Positions 27,208 through 36,368 of a DNA stretch of 64,000 bases are shown one piece after another; the first letter of the stretch is position 1; every line of letters begins with the position of its first letter. The stretch is from a virus (taxonomy: Duplodnaviria; Caudoviricetes). Both the position numbers and the translations under genes were made by a program. The DNA is taken from IMG/VR virus record IMGVR_UViG_3300017911_002211, positions 5,433 to 69,432 of that record. One strand, 5' to 3'. The notes beneath the pieces are model-generated. The model worked only from the letters and a program-made list of their open reading frames with translations, searched no databases and was not told the origin of the DNA.

Positions 27208-27845
27208 TTGCCAATCACCATAAATCTATCGTATTCGTCTTTATATCTTTTTGTTCCTGAATATAAAATATTTTTTAAGGGTAAACTTTTCATAAAATTT
27301 TCTAACGTATCATGACAATTTATATGACTATTTACTTCATAATAGTTATTTGACTGTAAGCACATAATCATTTCTGGATTTTTTTGTTTAAAGGTAAAAT
27401 ATAATTCTTCTTCATCAATATGCTCACAGGCTGTACACACTAATATTTTATTATGATAATTCCAATTTTTAAAATCTTCTAAACCATCTGCTGTCTTATA
27501 AGAAATGTTGTTATGAACCTTTAACTTTTTTGCTATCTTTGTACAAATATCATCTATTTCAATATTAATTATTTTATTTTTAAAACCAGATTCTGCAAAT
27601 AAATATGAAAACAATCCGTACCAGCCTCCAATAACAAAACATTCATCATATGAGTCATTTATAATTTTATTTAATTCTTGAACCGCCCATATCTTACTTT
27701 GATGCTGTCCTTCGCTATATGAATCTAAAACATCTTTTAGTCTAAATAAATCTATGTTTTCGTTATTTGTAGATTTTTTGTAAATATGCGATATTGTATC
27801 AAGTATTTTTTGATAGATCAATGGTGTCATATATTCCATTGTCAA
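27204..27845 (-). CDS. Class I SAM-dependent methyltransferase
   Basis: FVIGGWYG glycine-rich SAM loop, acidic NIEID, VCTACEH, LQSNNY. Confidence 0.75.
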   Translation of the reverse strand: MTMEYMTPLIYQKILDTISHIYKKSTNNENIDLFRLKDVLDSYSEGQHQSKIWAVQELNKIINDSYDECFVIGGWYGLFSYLFAESGFKNKIINIEIDDICTKIAKKLKVHNNISYKTADGLEDFKNWNYHNKILVCTACEHIDEEELYFTFKQKNPEMIMCLQSNNYYEVNSHINCHDTLENFMKSLPLKNILYSGTKRYKDEYDRFMVIGK

Positions 27846-28350
27846 AAGTTCTCCATTCTATTTTTTCGTGCCAAAAGAATCTATCAATCCCTTTGTATTT
27901 ACGCGTATTATAGTCTATATTTTTACTAAAAATATCCCATATGTAAGAGTTTTGTTGAGAAGTCCACGCTAGTATTGAGCTATTTAACTCTGTATCGTAT
28001 GAGTGTTTTCGAAAAAATTTATCTTTTTTCCAGGCATCTCTCATAAATGTTGGATAATTCCAGTCTATATTGTTTATATATGAGAATGGATCAGAGAGTA
28101 TTTTGATGTCTAAATCAAATAATACGCATTTGCCTTTTAACTCAAAATCTTCTCTAAACAAGTGCATTTTATTCCACCAACGCATTAGTTTTGGTTTTTT
28201 TGGAATATCAATGCAATCTATAATTACGTTTGTTTTATCTTCGGTAAAGCAATAAAAATTAGCAGAAGTATAATTTTTTAAGGAATGATAAATCTTATTT
28301 ACGTCTTCGGCACAGTATTTAGTACCGTGTTTTAATAATATAATATTCAT
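27799..28350 (-). CDS. Glycosyltransferase-like protein (GT-A fold, DxD)
   Basis: LKHGTKY..EDVNKIY, FYCFTED, WWNKMHLF, LFDLDI, NSSIL, GIDRF. Confidence 0.7.
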   Translation of the reverse strand: MNIILLKHGTKYCAEDVNKIYHSLKNYTSANFYCFTEDKTNVIIDCIDIPKKPKLMRWWNKMHLFREDFELKGKCVLFDLDIKILSDPFSYINNIDWNYPTFMRDAWKKDKFFRKHSYDTELNSSILAWTSQQNSYIWDIFSKNIDYNTRKYKGIDRFFWHEKIEWRTFDNGIYDTIDLSKNT

Positions 28351-28355
28351 AGATG

Positions 28356-28363
28356 TATTTATA
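28356..28363 (-). promoter_or_regulatory. Late promoter TATAAATA driving the transferase island
   Basis: Exact consensus on the minus strand, 5 nt upstream of the ATG at 28350. Confidence 0.72.
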
Positions 28364-28375
28364 AAGCTTAATTTG

Positions 28376-28383
28376 TATAAATA
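28376..28383 (+). promoter_or_regulatory. Late promoter TATAAATA driving the fibre gene block
   Basis: Exact consensus, back-to-back with the minus-strand copy. Confidence 0.75.
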
Positions 28384-28436
28384 GATTAAACGGCAGGGGC
28401 GCGTGCGTCCGACAAAGAAATCAACTGGAGTATTTC

Positions 28437-28790
28437 ATGGCCCAATACGAAGAATTTACCATCGATCAAGGTGCTGACGTAGCATTTGAACTTCATCTTA
28501 CTAATAACACAGGTGCAAAGAAAGATTTAACTGATCACACCGTAACTGCTAAGATGAAAAAGAATTATAACAGCGATAGTGCTGATACACATGACTTTAC
28601 TACGCTTATAGCAACCCCAGCGACCGACGGAGTCGTAACAATATCATTAAATAATACTCAAACCGATGCTCTAAAGTCAGGAAGATATGTTTATGACATA
28701 GAACTTTCTCACGTTGACAGCGACAATAATACTGTTGTTGAAAGAATTTTAGAAGGAAGAATCCAAGTAACACCATCGGTGACAAAATGA
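28437..28790 (+). CDS. Small beta-sandwich virion/fibre adaptor protein
   Basis: TIDQGAD..., GVVTISL...QTDALKSGRYVYDIEL...RILEG...VTPSVT, a pattern common in T4-like marine phages. Confidence 0.7.
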   Translation: MAQYEEFTIDQGADVAFELHLTNNTGAKKDLTDHTVTAKMKKNYNSDSADTHDFTTLIATPATDGVVTISLNNTQTDALKSGRYVYDIELSHVDSDNNTVVERILEGRIQVTPSVTK

Positions 28791-28799
28791 GTATTATAA

Positions 28800-31700
28800 A
28801 TGGCCACAGATAAAATCTTAGTAAAAATTGCTAATAACGCAGAAATAAAAGTTTCTGAAGCGCAAACCATTGTCAAGAAAGTTGTAGTAGGAACACCGAT
28901 AAGTCGTGTTAACCCTGCCACAGGATTTAATGCTGGAACTCTTGGCGGTGAGTCTGGCGGCTATTATTTAGATTATAATAATTTTACAAACATTCCAAAC
29001 ATACTTGATTCTGGAGATGTATTAGCTCTTGTAGAAACTCAAGATTTAGAAAATATCATAGACAGCGGATCAGGCGTATCGATACTTGGTCCAATTAAAA
29101 TAACTGATCATATAATTCCAGATTCTAACGAAACCATTGATCTTGGATCTCCTTCTTTTAAATTTAGACACGGATATTTTGCTGGAGGTACGATATTCGT
29201 AGGTGGTCTTGCTTTAAAGGATTCTGGCGGTCAACTAACAATTAGTGAAATTGATAATGATGGAAACATTGTTTCTGGAACTCAAAAAGATATTTCAACA
29301 AATGTGGATTCAGCTGAAATTTTATCTATCACTGAGCCTAAAATCGATTCTGCTATCAATGCTTTAATCGATGCAGCACCCGAACAACTTAATACTTTAA
29401 ATGAATTAGCTGCGGCATTAAATGACGATAGTAATGCATTCTCAACCCTAACAGATCTTGCTAACTCTAAACTGGATTCCGCTGAAGCAATACAGCTTAT
29501 TGATTCTGCCTACGTTCAAGCTCGTGTGGCAGATGCCAATATTGGTGCGCCTACAGATGGTTCTTATGGAGACGGTTTTCTTTCTTTATCTAACACAACT
29601 ACGATTGCAGATGGTATTGATCAACTAAATGAAGCTATTAAAAATATCGCACAAGACAATTTTGTTCAAAGCGTAAGCTTTGTTGGTTCACCTTTAGCTG
29701 GCGGAGAAGGAACCACTGTAACTTTAACCTTAACGACAGTTGGTAATCCTAATCGTTATGATGTATATTGGGGTGATGGTACTGTAGATAGCGCAACAAC
29801 AGACACTACTCCATCTCACACTTATACATCAAACACTGGATCACCTTATACTGTACAAGTAAGAGCTTTTAATACTCAAGCTGCTGGAAGTGGTAGTGAA
29901 GCTTCTCAAACCAGAGACGATTATATTATCATTTACACCGCCGATCCTGCTGTAGCATTTGCTTTATACAGAGACTCTAGTGGAGGCACTTCTTTAAGTG
30001 GCAATAATTTATATGTCATAGAAGGAAACAGTTTATATCTTAAAAACAATACAACTAATACTACAATGGCAGATGTATCGTATACAATGAATTGGGGAGA
30101 TGGTTCTACAAACGATGATATCGATAGTGATAGCGCTGCTGGTGGAGTATTAGGAAGCAGATTAAGTCACACATGGGCAGATGGAACAACAAGCGGTACT
30201 GGTCTTGACACATTAACGCTTACGTTAGATAGTCATTCAACTGCAGACCCTTCAGTTATTCCAACCAACGGCACGTTAAGTTTAAAAGTGTATGATCCAG
30301 ATATTGCTGCACCTAATCTTTTAAGTACTAAAACTATATCACTTGGATTTTCTTCATCAGGCACAAGTCCTAAACTTACTTCAGGCTTTACAGATAACGT
30401 ATCTGGAGGTTCAACTTTATCTGCTGGAGATACTGTAACTAGGACAACGTCATCTTCAACATTATCTACAAACACGTTATCAACCTTTGCTTATAATGCA
30501 GACTCTGGTACATTATCCGCAATTATTAATGGTTCAACTGATGGCTCTATTAGTCTCACTAGTGCCGATAACACTGGATCAAATAGTGCTATTCAAATAA
30601 CAGATGAGCAAGACTATAATCTTCTTAACGCTTCTGGATCAACCATTTCGTTTAATAATTCAATTTATCACCCTGATTTGTATAAAGGTTATAAAGCAAA
30701 AATAAACAAGGCTGCTTCAGTTGGAGTAAACAGTTGGAAAATGGATCATAGTGGAAGTACAACAAATACATTAGAATTTGTAAGAGATGATATAACTTCA
30801 ACTCCATCTATTTCTTCTACAGGTACATTGGCACAAAATGCTGCAGGCACTTTTAGATATGTTTCTGGAATTCCTTATTACAATTCAGGTTCACCGTCGT
30901 TAACTCTATCAGGTACACAAATAAGCAACTTAACTGGACAAACATATAGTGATGTAAGTAATGTGGTTGAGGTATTATCCGGCACAAATTATGAAAGTAC
31001 AACTAGCTCAGCAATTTCAACTCAAAGTTATACATATGCAAATATTGACGGTGCGTCAACAATGTTATCTGGTGGAATACCGACTACAGACGTTGGAGTT
31101 AGTTCAGCATATGCCATCGGAAATTTAACAGTACCTATTACAACATCAAGCGTAAGAACGGTTGAAGCATTAAGTGTTAGAGCAAGAAACACTAATGGTG
31201 TAGGTTCTTCTGGTAACTTAACAGAAAAAATTCAAGTGCACACAGCTTCACAATCTGGAATTAGTGAAATTGCAATTGCAGTAGCAGATGCTTTAGGTGG
31301 AACATATGATGATGATGGAGTTAGAATTTTTGATTTTAACGGTGATTCAGCCGATACTCCTTCATATACAAGTTCTACAAATTTTTATACAAATAGTCTT
31401 TATTCAGAATCTGCAGACCCAGGTGTTGCTGGAACAAAAGAAGCCACAGTTAGACTTGGTATACTAAAACACGATGTAACAAATTATAGCAGTGGATTTT
31501 TACCAGCTGGACCAAACAGAAGCGGCGATACCGGTACACAATATTTTACATTTGCTTTTAGAAGAACAGCAGTATCAAATTTCAACATCAATATTACATC
31601 TTCCGGAATTGCAGGACTCTTTATTGCGGCACCTGGCACAACTATTGACGATACATCAACATTAAACGGTTGGTTAGATTGTAGTACACAATACGCAGGT

Positions 31701-31916
31701 GCTGGTGTCCCAGGAGCCGATACCGGAAATGGTGGTAATGGTTCAAACGGATGTGCATCGACAGGAAGCGATATTGTTGCATCTAACACATCTCTCAGTG
31801 GTTCTTTTACAATGACTCTTGGAACTGAAAGTTTAACAAATGCTACTAATAACGTAGCTTTAGTTAGAATTGCTTTATCTTCAGGACAAAGCATAACTAG
31901 CTTGAGTATTACATAG
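28800..31916 (+). CDS. Tail fibre / virion protein with PKD-like Ig domains
   Basis: APEQLNTLNELAAALNDD fibre motif, IIPD..IDLGS..FKFR motif, two YxxxWGDG PKD-type motifs. Confidence 0.7.
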   Translation: MATDKILVKIANNAEIKVSEAQTIVKKVVVGTPISRVNPATGFNAGTLGGESGGYYLDYNNFTNIPNILDSGDVLALVETQDLENIIDSGSGVSILGPIKITDHIIPDSNETIDLGSPSFKFRHGYFAGGTIFVGGLALKDSGGQLTISEIDNDGNIVSGTQKDISTNVDSAEILSITEPKIDSAINALIDAAPEQLNTLNELAAALNDDSNAFSTLTDLANSKLDSAEAIQLIDSAYVQARVADANIGAPTDGSYGDGFLSLSNTTTIADGIDQLNEAIKNIAQDNFVQSVSFVGSPLAGGEGTTVTLTLTTVGNPNRYDVYWGDGTVDSATTDTTPSHTYTSNTGSPYTVQVRAFNTQAAGSGSEASQTRDDYIIIYTADPAVAFALYRDSSGGTSLSGNNLYVIEGNSLYLKNNTTNTTMADVSYTMNWGDGSTNDDIDSDSAAGGVLGSRLSHTWADGTTSGTGLDTLTLTLDSHSTADPSVIPTNGTLSLKVYDPDIAAPNLLSTKTISLGFSSSGTSPKLTSGFTDNVSGGSTLSAGDTVTRTTSSSTLSTNTLSTFAYNADSGTLSAIINGSTDGSISLTSADNTGSNSAIQITDEQDYNLLNASGSTISFNNSIYHPDLYKGYKAKINKAASVGVNSWKMDHSGSTTNTLEFVRDDITSTPSISSTGTLAQNAAGTFRYVSGIPYYNSGSPSLTLSGTQISNLTGQTYSDVSNVVEVLSGTNYESTTSSAISTQSYTYANIDGASTMLSGGIPTTDVGVSSAYAIGNLTVPITTSSVRTVEALSVRARNTNGVGSSGNLTEKIQVHTASQSGISEIAIAVADALGGTYDDDGVRIFDFNGDSADTPSYTSSTNFYTNSLYSESADPGVAGTKEATVRLGILKHDVTNYSSGFLPAGPNRSGDTGTQYFTFAFRRTAVSNFNINITSSGIAGLFIAAPGTTIDDTSTLNGWLDCSTQYAGAGVPGADTGNGGNGSNGCASTGSDIVASNTSLSGSFTMTLGTESLTNATNNVALVRIALSSGQSITSLSIT

Positions 31917-31925
31917 GAGAATGTA

Positions 31926-32777
31926 GTGGCTATTACTGATACTCAAAAAGTTGATTATCTTTTTAAGAAAGTTGGATTTGGCGCAACTAAAACAGATGTT
32001 AATTCTGTAAAAGGTGCAACAAACGAAGCTATTGCTAGTCCTCTTCTACTAAGAGGTGACAAGATATGGAGCCAGGCTGGATCTATTCCTTCAACAAAAC
32101 CTGGATCAAGTTCAGGTGTTGTTACCATTTATACAAATTTAGAAACAACAGAAGACACCACAGCTACGGCAAATAGAACATGGAAAACTGGACATACAGA
32201 TTGGATTCCACCTGAATTTGGATCAACATACCAGCTTGTTGTGTATGCAGATACAACTGGTGCTTCAGATCCAACTAGCACAGGAACACAATTGTTTGCT
32301 GCCGGTAGTGGTAACAATGATGAGTGGTTTTTTGATTATCAATCTGGTGTTTTACATTTTATTGGAACTAACTTACCTTCAGCAATGAACGGATCAAATG
32401 TTATATTTGTAACCGGTGCTAAGTATACTGGATCTATGGGTAGCAGTAGGGCTGATAATATAGACAATGCAGTTAATAATGATTTAGATTCAGCAGGAAC
32501 AGGACAAATAGTTGATACATTTCAAGCTTCAGAATTTAGAACATGTAAGTATATAGTTCAGTTAGAGCATGATTCAGATAGTAAGTATCATTCTACTGAA
32601 ATTCTTTTAACACATAATGGAACTAATGTATTTTTAACAGAATACGCAGAAGTTAAAACTGATTCATCACTAGGTACATTTGATGCCTCAATTGTAAGTG
32701 GTGATGTAAAATTTACGTTATCGCCATCATACACTAATACGAGTATTAAAGCAAAAAGGATCAGTGTAGATGCGTAA
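31926..32777 (+). CDS. Virion/fibre protein
   Basis: GTG start with GGAGA Shine-Dalgarno; C-terminal DTF...RTCKYIVQ...YHSTEILLTHNGT...EY domain shared with 39040..41979. Confidence 0.65.
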   Translation: MAITDTQKVDYLFKKVGFGATKTDVNSVKGATNEAIASPLLLRGDKIWSQAGSIPSTKPGSSSGVVTIYTNLETTEDTTATANRTWKTGHTDWIPPEFGSTYQLVVYADTTGASDPTSTGTQLFAAGSGNNDEWFFDYQSGVLHFIGTNLPSAMNGSNVIFVTGAKYTGSMGSSRADNIDNAVNNDLDSAGTGQIVDTFQASEFRTCKYIVQLEHDSDSKYHSTEILLTHNGTNVFLTEYAEVKTDSSLGTFDASIVSGDVKFTLSPSYTNTSIKAKRISVDA

Positions 32778-32780
32778 TGT

Positions 32781-32788
32781 TATAAATA
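32781..32788 (+). promoter_or_regulatory. Late promoter TATAAATA
   Basis: Exact consensus in the intergenic gap. Confidence 0.75.
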
Positions 32789-32818
32789 GTATTAATAATT
32801 TTACTGTAGGAATAGACC

Positions 32819-33127
32819 ATGGCTGTTAAACAAAATTTTTTAGTTAAGTCAGGTCTTGAAGTAACAGATTCGGCGACAGTCGGAGGAGTTTTCAAGGCTT
32901 CAGGCTTACAATATCCTACAGCAGACGGAAATAACAACGAGGTTATTAAAACAAATGGTAGTGGCTCTTTGAGTTTTGGAACTTTGAGAATTCGTGATTT
33001 AAGTGATGTCGATTTAACAACCCTTGAAGAAGAGGGACTTTTGATTTTTGATTCAGCTACTAATACTTTCCAAGCCCGGAATGAACTTGTGGGTGCGGAC
33101 ATTACTTCAGACGGAGGTTTTTACTAA
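32819..33127 (+). CDS. Small fibre-associated protein
   Basis: [11 protein letters not shown]-terminus resembles the KKNF start of the later adhesins; ends DGGFY like the next gene (DGGSY). Confidence 0.55.
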   Translation: MAVKQNFLVKSGLEVTDSATVGGVFKASGLQYPTADGNNNEVIKTNGSGSLSFGTLRIRDLSDVDLTTLEEEGLLIFDSATNTFQARNELVGADITSDGGFY

Positions 33128-36100
33128 TGGCATCAATAATCAAGATCAAAAGATCGGGTACCAGTGGAGCTCCTAGTAATTTAAAACTAGGTGAATTTGC
33201 GTACTCGTATCTTACGGGAACACAATCAAATGGAGGTGATCGATTATATATCGGTACCGGCGGAACGGATTCAAGTGGCAATGCCAATGACATTGAAATC
33301 GCTGGTGGTAAATATTTTACCGATAAATTAGATCACGTAGAAGGAACTCTTACAGCATCAAGTGCAATTATAGTTGATGCTAGCAGTAAGATCGATGTAT
33401 TAAACGTTGATAATGTTACTATAAATGGTAATACGATATCAACTACTGATACCAATGGTGCTCTTACTCTTTCGCCTGATGGCACGGCCGCAGTAAATGT
33501 TCCGGCTGGTTATAAAGACAGAGCCGGATTTGGAAATAACTCTCTTGCTACAAAAGAATATGTTGATGGAGTTGCAGGTGCTACAACTCTTACAATAGCA
33601 ACCGATTCTTCTGGAACAGATACAATTGATTTAGATACTGATACTTTTTCAATTCTTGGCGTACCAGGTATTAGCACATCAAGAGAAGCTGATAACACTG
33701 TCACAATCCGTTTAGATAATACTGCAGTATCTGCAGGTTCATATGGCTCAGTTTCGCAAATACCGACTTTTACTGTTGATGCCCAGGGTCGTTTAACAGC
33801 TGCAGCTAATGTCAACATCTCAACTACTCTTTCAGTGGCAGGTGATACAGGATCAGATACCGTTAACCTCCTAGATTCTGATCTTACGTTCACTGGTGGA
33901 GAAGGTATTAACACAGCAGTAACTAACAATGTAGTTACAATAGAAGCCGAAGAAGCCACTTATAGTAATAAAGGTGTTGCTAGCTTCAGCAATACAAATT
34001 TTACTGTTACCAGCGGTGCCGTAACGACTGCAGATCTTACATTTAATGCTGGTTCAGGATCAGTTGCAATCACTAACGGTGAGTCAATGACAATCACTGG
34101 TAATTCAACAGATGGAACCAGTACAGAAACATCAGGCTCGCTGTTAATCATTAGAACAGATGCAGCAACAACAACTCAACGTGGTACAGCATCATTTGAT
34201 TCATCAGATTTTTCTTTAGACTCTGGAGCTGTATCTATTAAAGATGGCGGAGTTAGTAACGCACAACTTGCAGGATCTATTGAAAATAGTAAACTTTCAA
34301 ATAGTTCAGTTACTGTAGCTGGTAATACTGGTACACAGGCAATTGATCTTGGTGACACATTAACAATCACAGGTGCAGCAAATACTGCAGCGGCCACACA
34401 AACACAACCAATTAGAACATCGCAATCCGGTGATACTCTCACCGTAACAGCAAGAAAAGCTTCTACATCAGTCATTGGTATGGCATCATTTGCATCTGCA
34501 GATTTTAACGTAACATCTGGTGCAGTCACAATATCATCTGTTTCAAATGCTCAATTAGCAGGATCTATCGAAAATAGTAAACTCTCAAATAGTACTATCA
34601 CAATCAGCGATGGTTCTACAACAAACGCAGTTGATCTTGGAGACACCTTTAAGATTTCTACTGGAAGCGGTATTGATTTTGTAGTTAACGGAAGCGATTC
34701 TGCTACTATATCCGGCGTTGATGCTAGCGTATCTCAAAAAGGTGTGGCGCAATTTGACAGTGATGATTTTAGTGTAAGTAGCGGACTAGTATCTATTAAA
34801 GCAGGTGGCGTTGATGCTGATGAATTAGCTGGAACTCTTGATCTTTCTGGTAAAACAGTAACACTAGCAGCTGGCGAAATCAGTAATGGTGAACTAGCAA
34901 ATAGTTCAGTAACTATTAATTCTAATTCAGTATCACTTGGCGGTTCAGTAACACTCGACACAGACGATATTTCTGAAGGTTCTACGAATCTTTACTACAC
35001 TTCTGCTAGAACAGATAGTGATGCTAAGAATGCAATATCCGTAACATTCGTTAGTGGTGATGGTGCGGCATCATATAATTCATCAACAGGCGTTATTTCA
35101 ATCACTGGTCCAAGCGCAGCCGAAACAAGAGCTCACTTTTCAGGTGGAACTGGCGTAACTATAACAGACGGCGAAGTTGCTATAGGTCAAGCAGTTGCAA
35201 CGACTTCAGACGTTACATTTAATGATCTGCAAGTTGATGGAAACGCTATTATAGATGGTGATCTTACAGTTCATGGTACAACAACCACAATTAATTCGGC
35301 CACAGTAACAACTAACGATCCTTTATTTAATTTAGCGGATTCAAACACTACAGCTGATGCATTAGATATTGGTTTTATTGGTAAGTATTATGATACTACA
35401 CAAACACGTATAGAACGCACTGGTCTTTTTAGAGATGCATCGGACGGTCAATATAAACTTTTCACAGGTTTATACAACGATAGTGGAACACTTGATAGTG
35501 CTACAAACGTAGTTGATATCAGCGGAACAGGTTTTACATATGCTAATTTAAGAGTTGGTACTCTTACCGGTGACGTGACAGGTGATGTAACTGGTACAGT
35601 AAGTGATATATCAAATCATTCAACAAGTGATCTTAGTGAAGGAACAAATCTTTACTATACAACTGCAAGAGTTGATTCAGACTTAGGACAAATACTTACA
35701 GCAGGTGAAGGTATTGATATTACCGAAGGTGCTGGTATTATCACAGTTGCTGCTGAAGATGCTACAACATCTAATAAAGGTATCGCATCATTCAGTTCAA
35801 CAAATTTTAGTGTAACATCTGGTGCGGTTTCTACAGCCGATATTACTCTTGCTGGCGGATCTGGCACAGCTGCTGCCACTCTTGGCGAAACGCTTACAAT
35901 AGCTGGCACAAGTGGACAAGGTATATCAACAAGTGCGACTGGAACAACCGTAACAATTACTGCTGCAAATGCTGCAGCCGATGGAAGCACAAAGGGTGTC
36001 GCGGCATTTAATGCAACACACTTTGATGCGGCATCCGGAGTTATTTCTGCAGCTGATATTACGCTTTACAGTGGTGATGATCAAAATGGACAATCAACTG

Positions 36101-36306
36101 GAATAGCCGCAACCATAGGTGAATCTTTTAACATTTATGGTGATTTTGATCAAGGTATCCAAACAAATGTAGCAAGTGGTAATCTTGTAGTAACTGGTAG
36201 AAATGCCACTGTAACTACAAAAGGTGTAGCATCATTCGATTCAGATATATTTGGAGTTACATCTGGAGCAGTTACAGTTGAAACAATTGACGGTGGAAGT
36301 TATTAA
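33127..36306 (+). CDS. Long tail fibre shaft protein with repeated A(T)xxxKG(V/I)ASF units
   Basis: Seven KG(V/I/T/M)A(S/Q/A)F-type repeats resembling the phage tail fibre repeat; two SEG(S)TNLYYT.AR motifs; N-terminal IKIKRSG. Confidence 0.8.
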   Translation: MASIIKIKRSGTSGAPSNLKLGEFAYSYLTGTQSNGGDRLYIGTGGTDSSGNANDIEIAGGKYFTDKLDHVEGTLTASSAIIVDASSKIDVLNVDNVTINGNTISTTDTNGALTLSPDGTAAVNVPAGYKDRAGFGNNSLATKEYVDGVAGATTLTIATDSSGTDTIDLDTDTFSILGVPGISTSREADNTVTIRLDNTAVSAGSYGSVSQIPTFTVDAQGRLTAAANVNISTTLSVAGDTGSDTVNLLDSDLTFTGGEGINTAVTNNVVTIEAEEATYSNKGVASFSNTNFTVTSGAVTTADLTFNAGSGSVAITNGESMTITGNSTDGTSTETSGSLLIIRTDAATTTQRGTASFDSSDFSLDSGAVSIKDGGVSNAQLAGSIENSKLSNSSVTVAGNTGTQAIDLGDTLTITGAANTAAATQTQPIRTSQSGDTLTVTARKASTSVIGMASFASADFNVTSGAVTISSVSNAQLAGSIENSKLSNSTITISDGSTTNAVDLGDTFKISTGSGIDFVVNGSDSATISGVDASVSQKGVAQFDSDDFSVSSGLVSIKAGGVDADELAGTLDLSGKTVTLAAGEISNGELANSSVTINSNSVSLGGSVTLDTDDISEGSTNLYYTSARTDSDAKNAISVTFVSGDGAASYNSSTGVISITGPSAAETRAHFSGGTGVTITDGEVAIGQAVATTSDVTFNDLQVDGNAIIDGDLTVHGTTTTINSATVTTNDPLFNLADSNTTADALDIGFIGKYYDTTQTRIERTGLFRDASDGQYKLFTGLYNDSGTLDSATNVVDISGTGFTYANLRVGTLTGDVTGDVTGTVSDISNHSTSDLSEGTNLYYTTARVDSDLGQILTAGEGIDITEGAGIITVAAEDATTSNKGIASFSSTNFSVTSGAVSTADITLAGGSGTAAATLGETLTIAGTSGQGISTSATGTTVTITAANAAADGSTKGVAAFNATHFDAASGVISAADITLYSGDDQNGQSTGIAATIGESFNIYGDFDQGIQTNVASGNLVVTGRNATVTTKGVASFDSDIFGVTSGAVTVETIDGGSY

Positions 36307-36311
36307 TAAAT

Positions 36312-36339
36312 AGTCAGAAGGTTTTTTAATCTTCTGACT
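36312..36339 (+). terminator. Intergenic stem-loop (terminator-like or RNA-stabilising)
   Basis: agtcagaaggtt-tttt-aatcttctgact forms a 12-bp stem with one G-U pair; no immediate U-tract. Confidence 0.5.
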
Positions 36340-36368
36340 TAAAACAAAACCTTTTTTAAGGAATCTAA

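Noticed and set aside
24416-28350. Island as a DNA hypermodification (base glucosylation) cluster
   Set aside because: Not excluded, but disfavoured: it has a late promoter, sits among tail genes, and includes no recognisable nucleotide-modifying partner (hydroxymethylase, kinase, queuosine-pathway genes) in the window
31484-35990. Several 60-150 aa minus-strand ORFs (e.g. 31484..31894, 33510..33959, 34176..34529, 35655..35990)
   Set aside because: Expected antisense open frames of Gly/Ala/Ser/Thr-rich fibre genes; no promoter, RBS or recognisable motif
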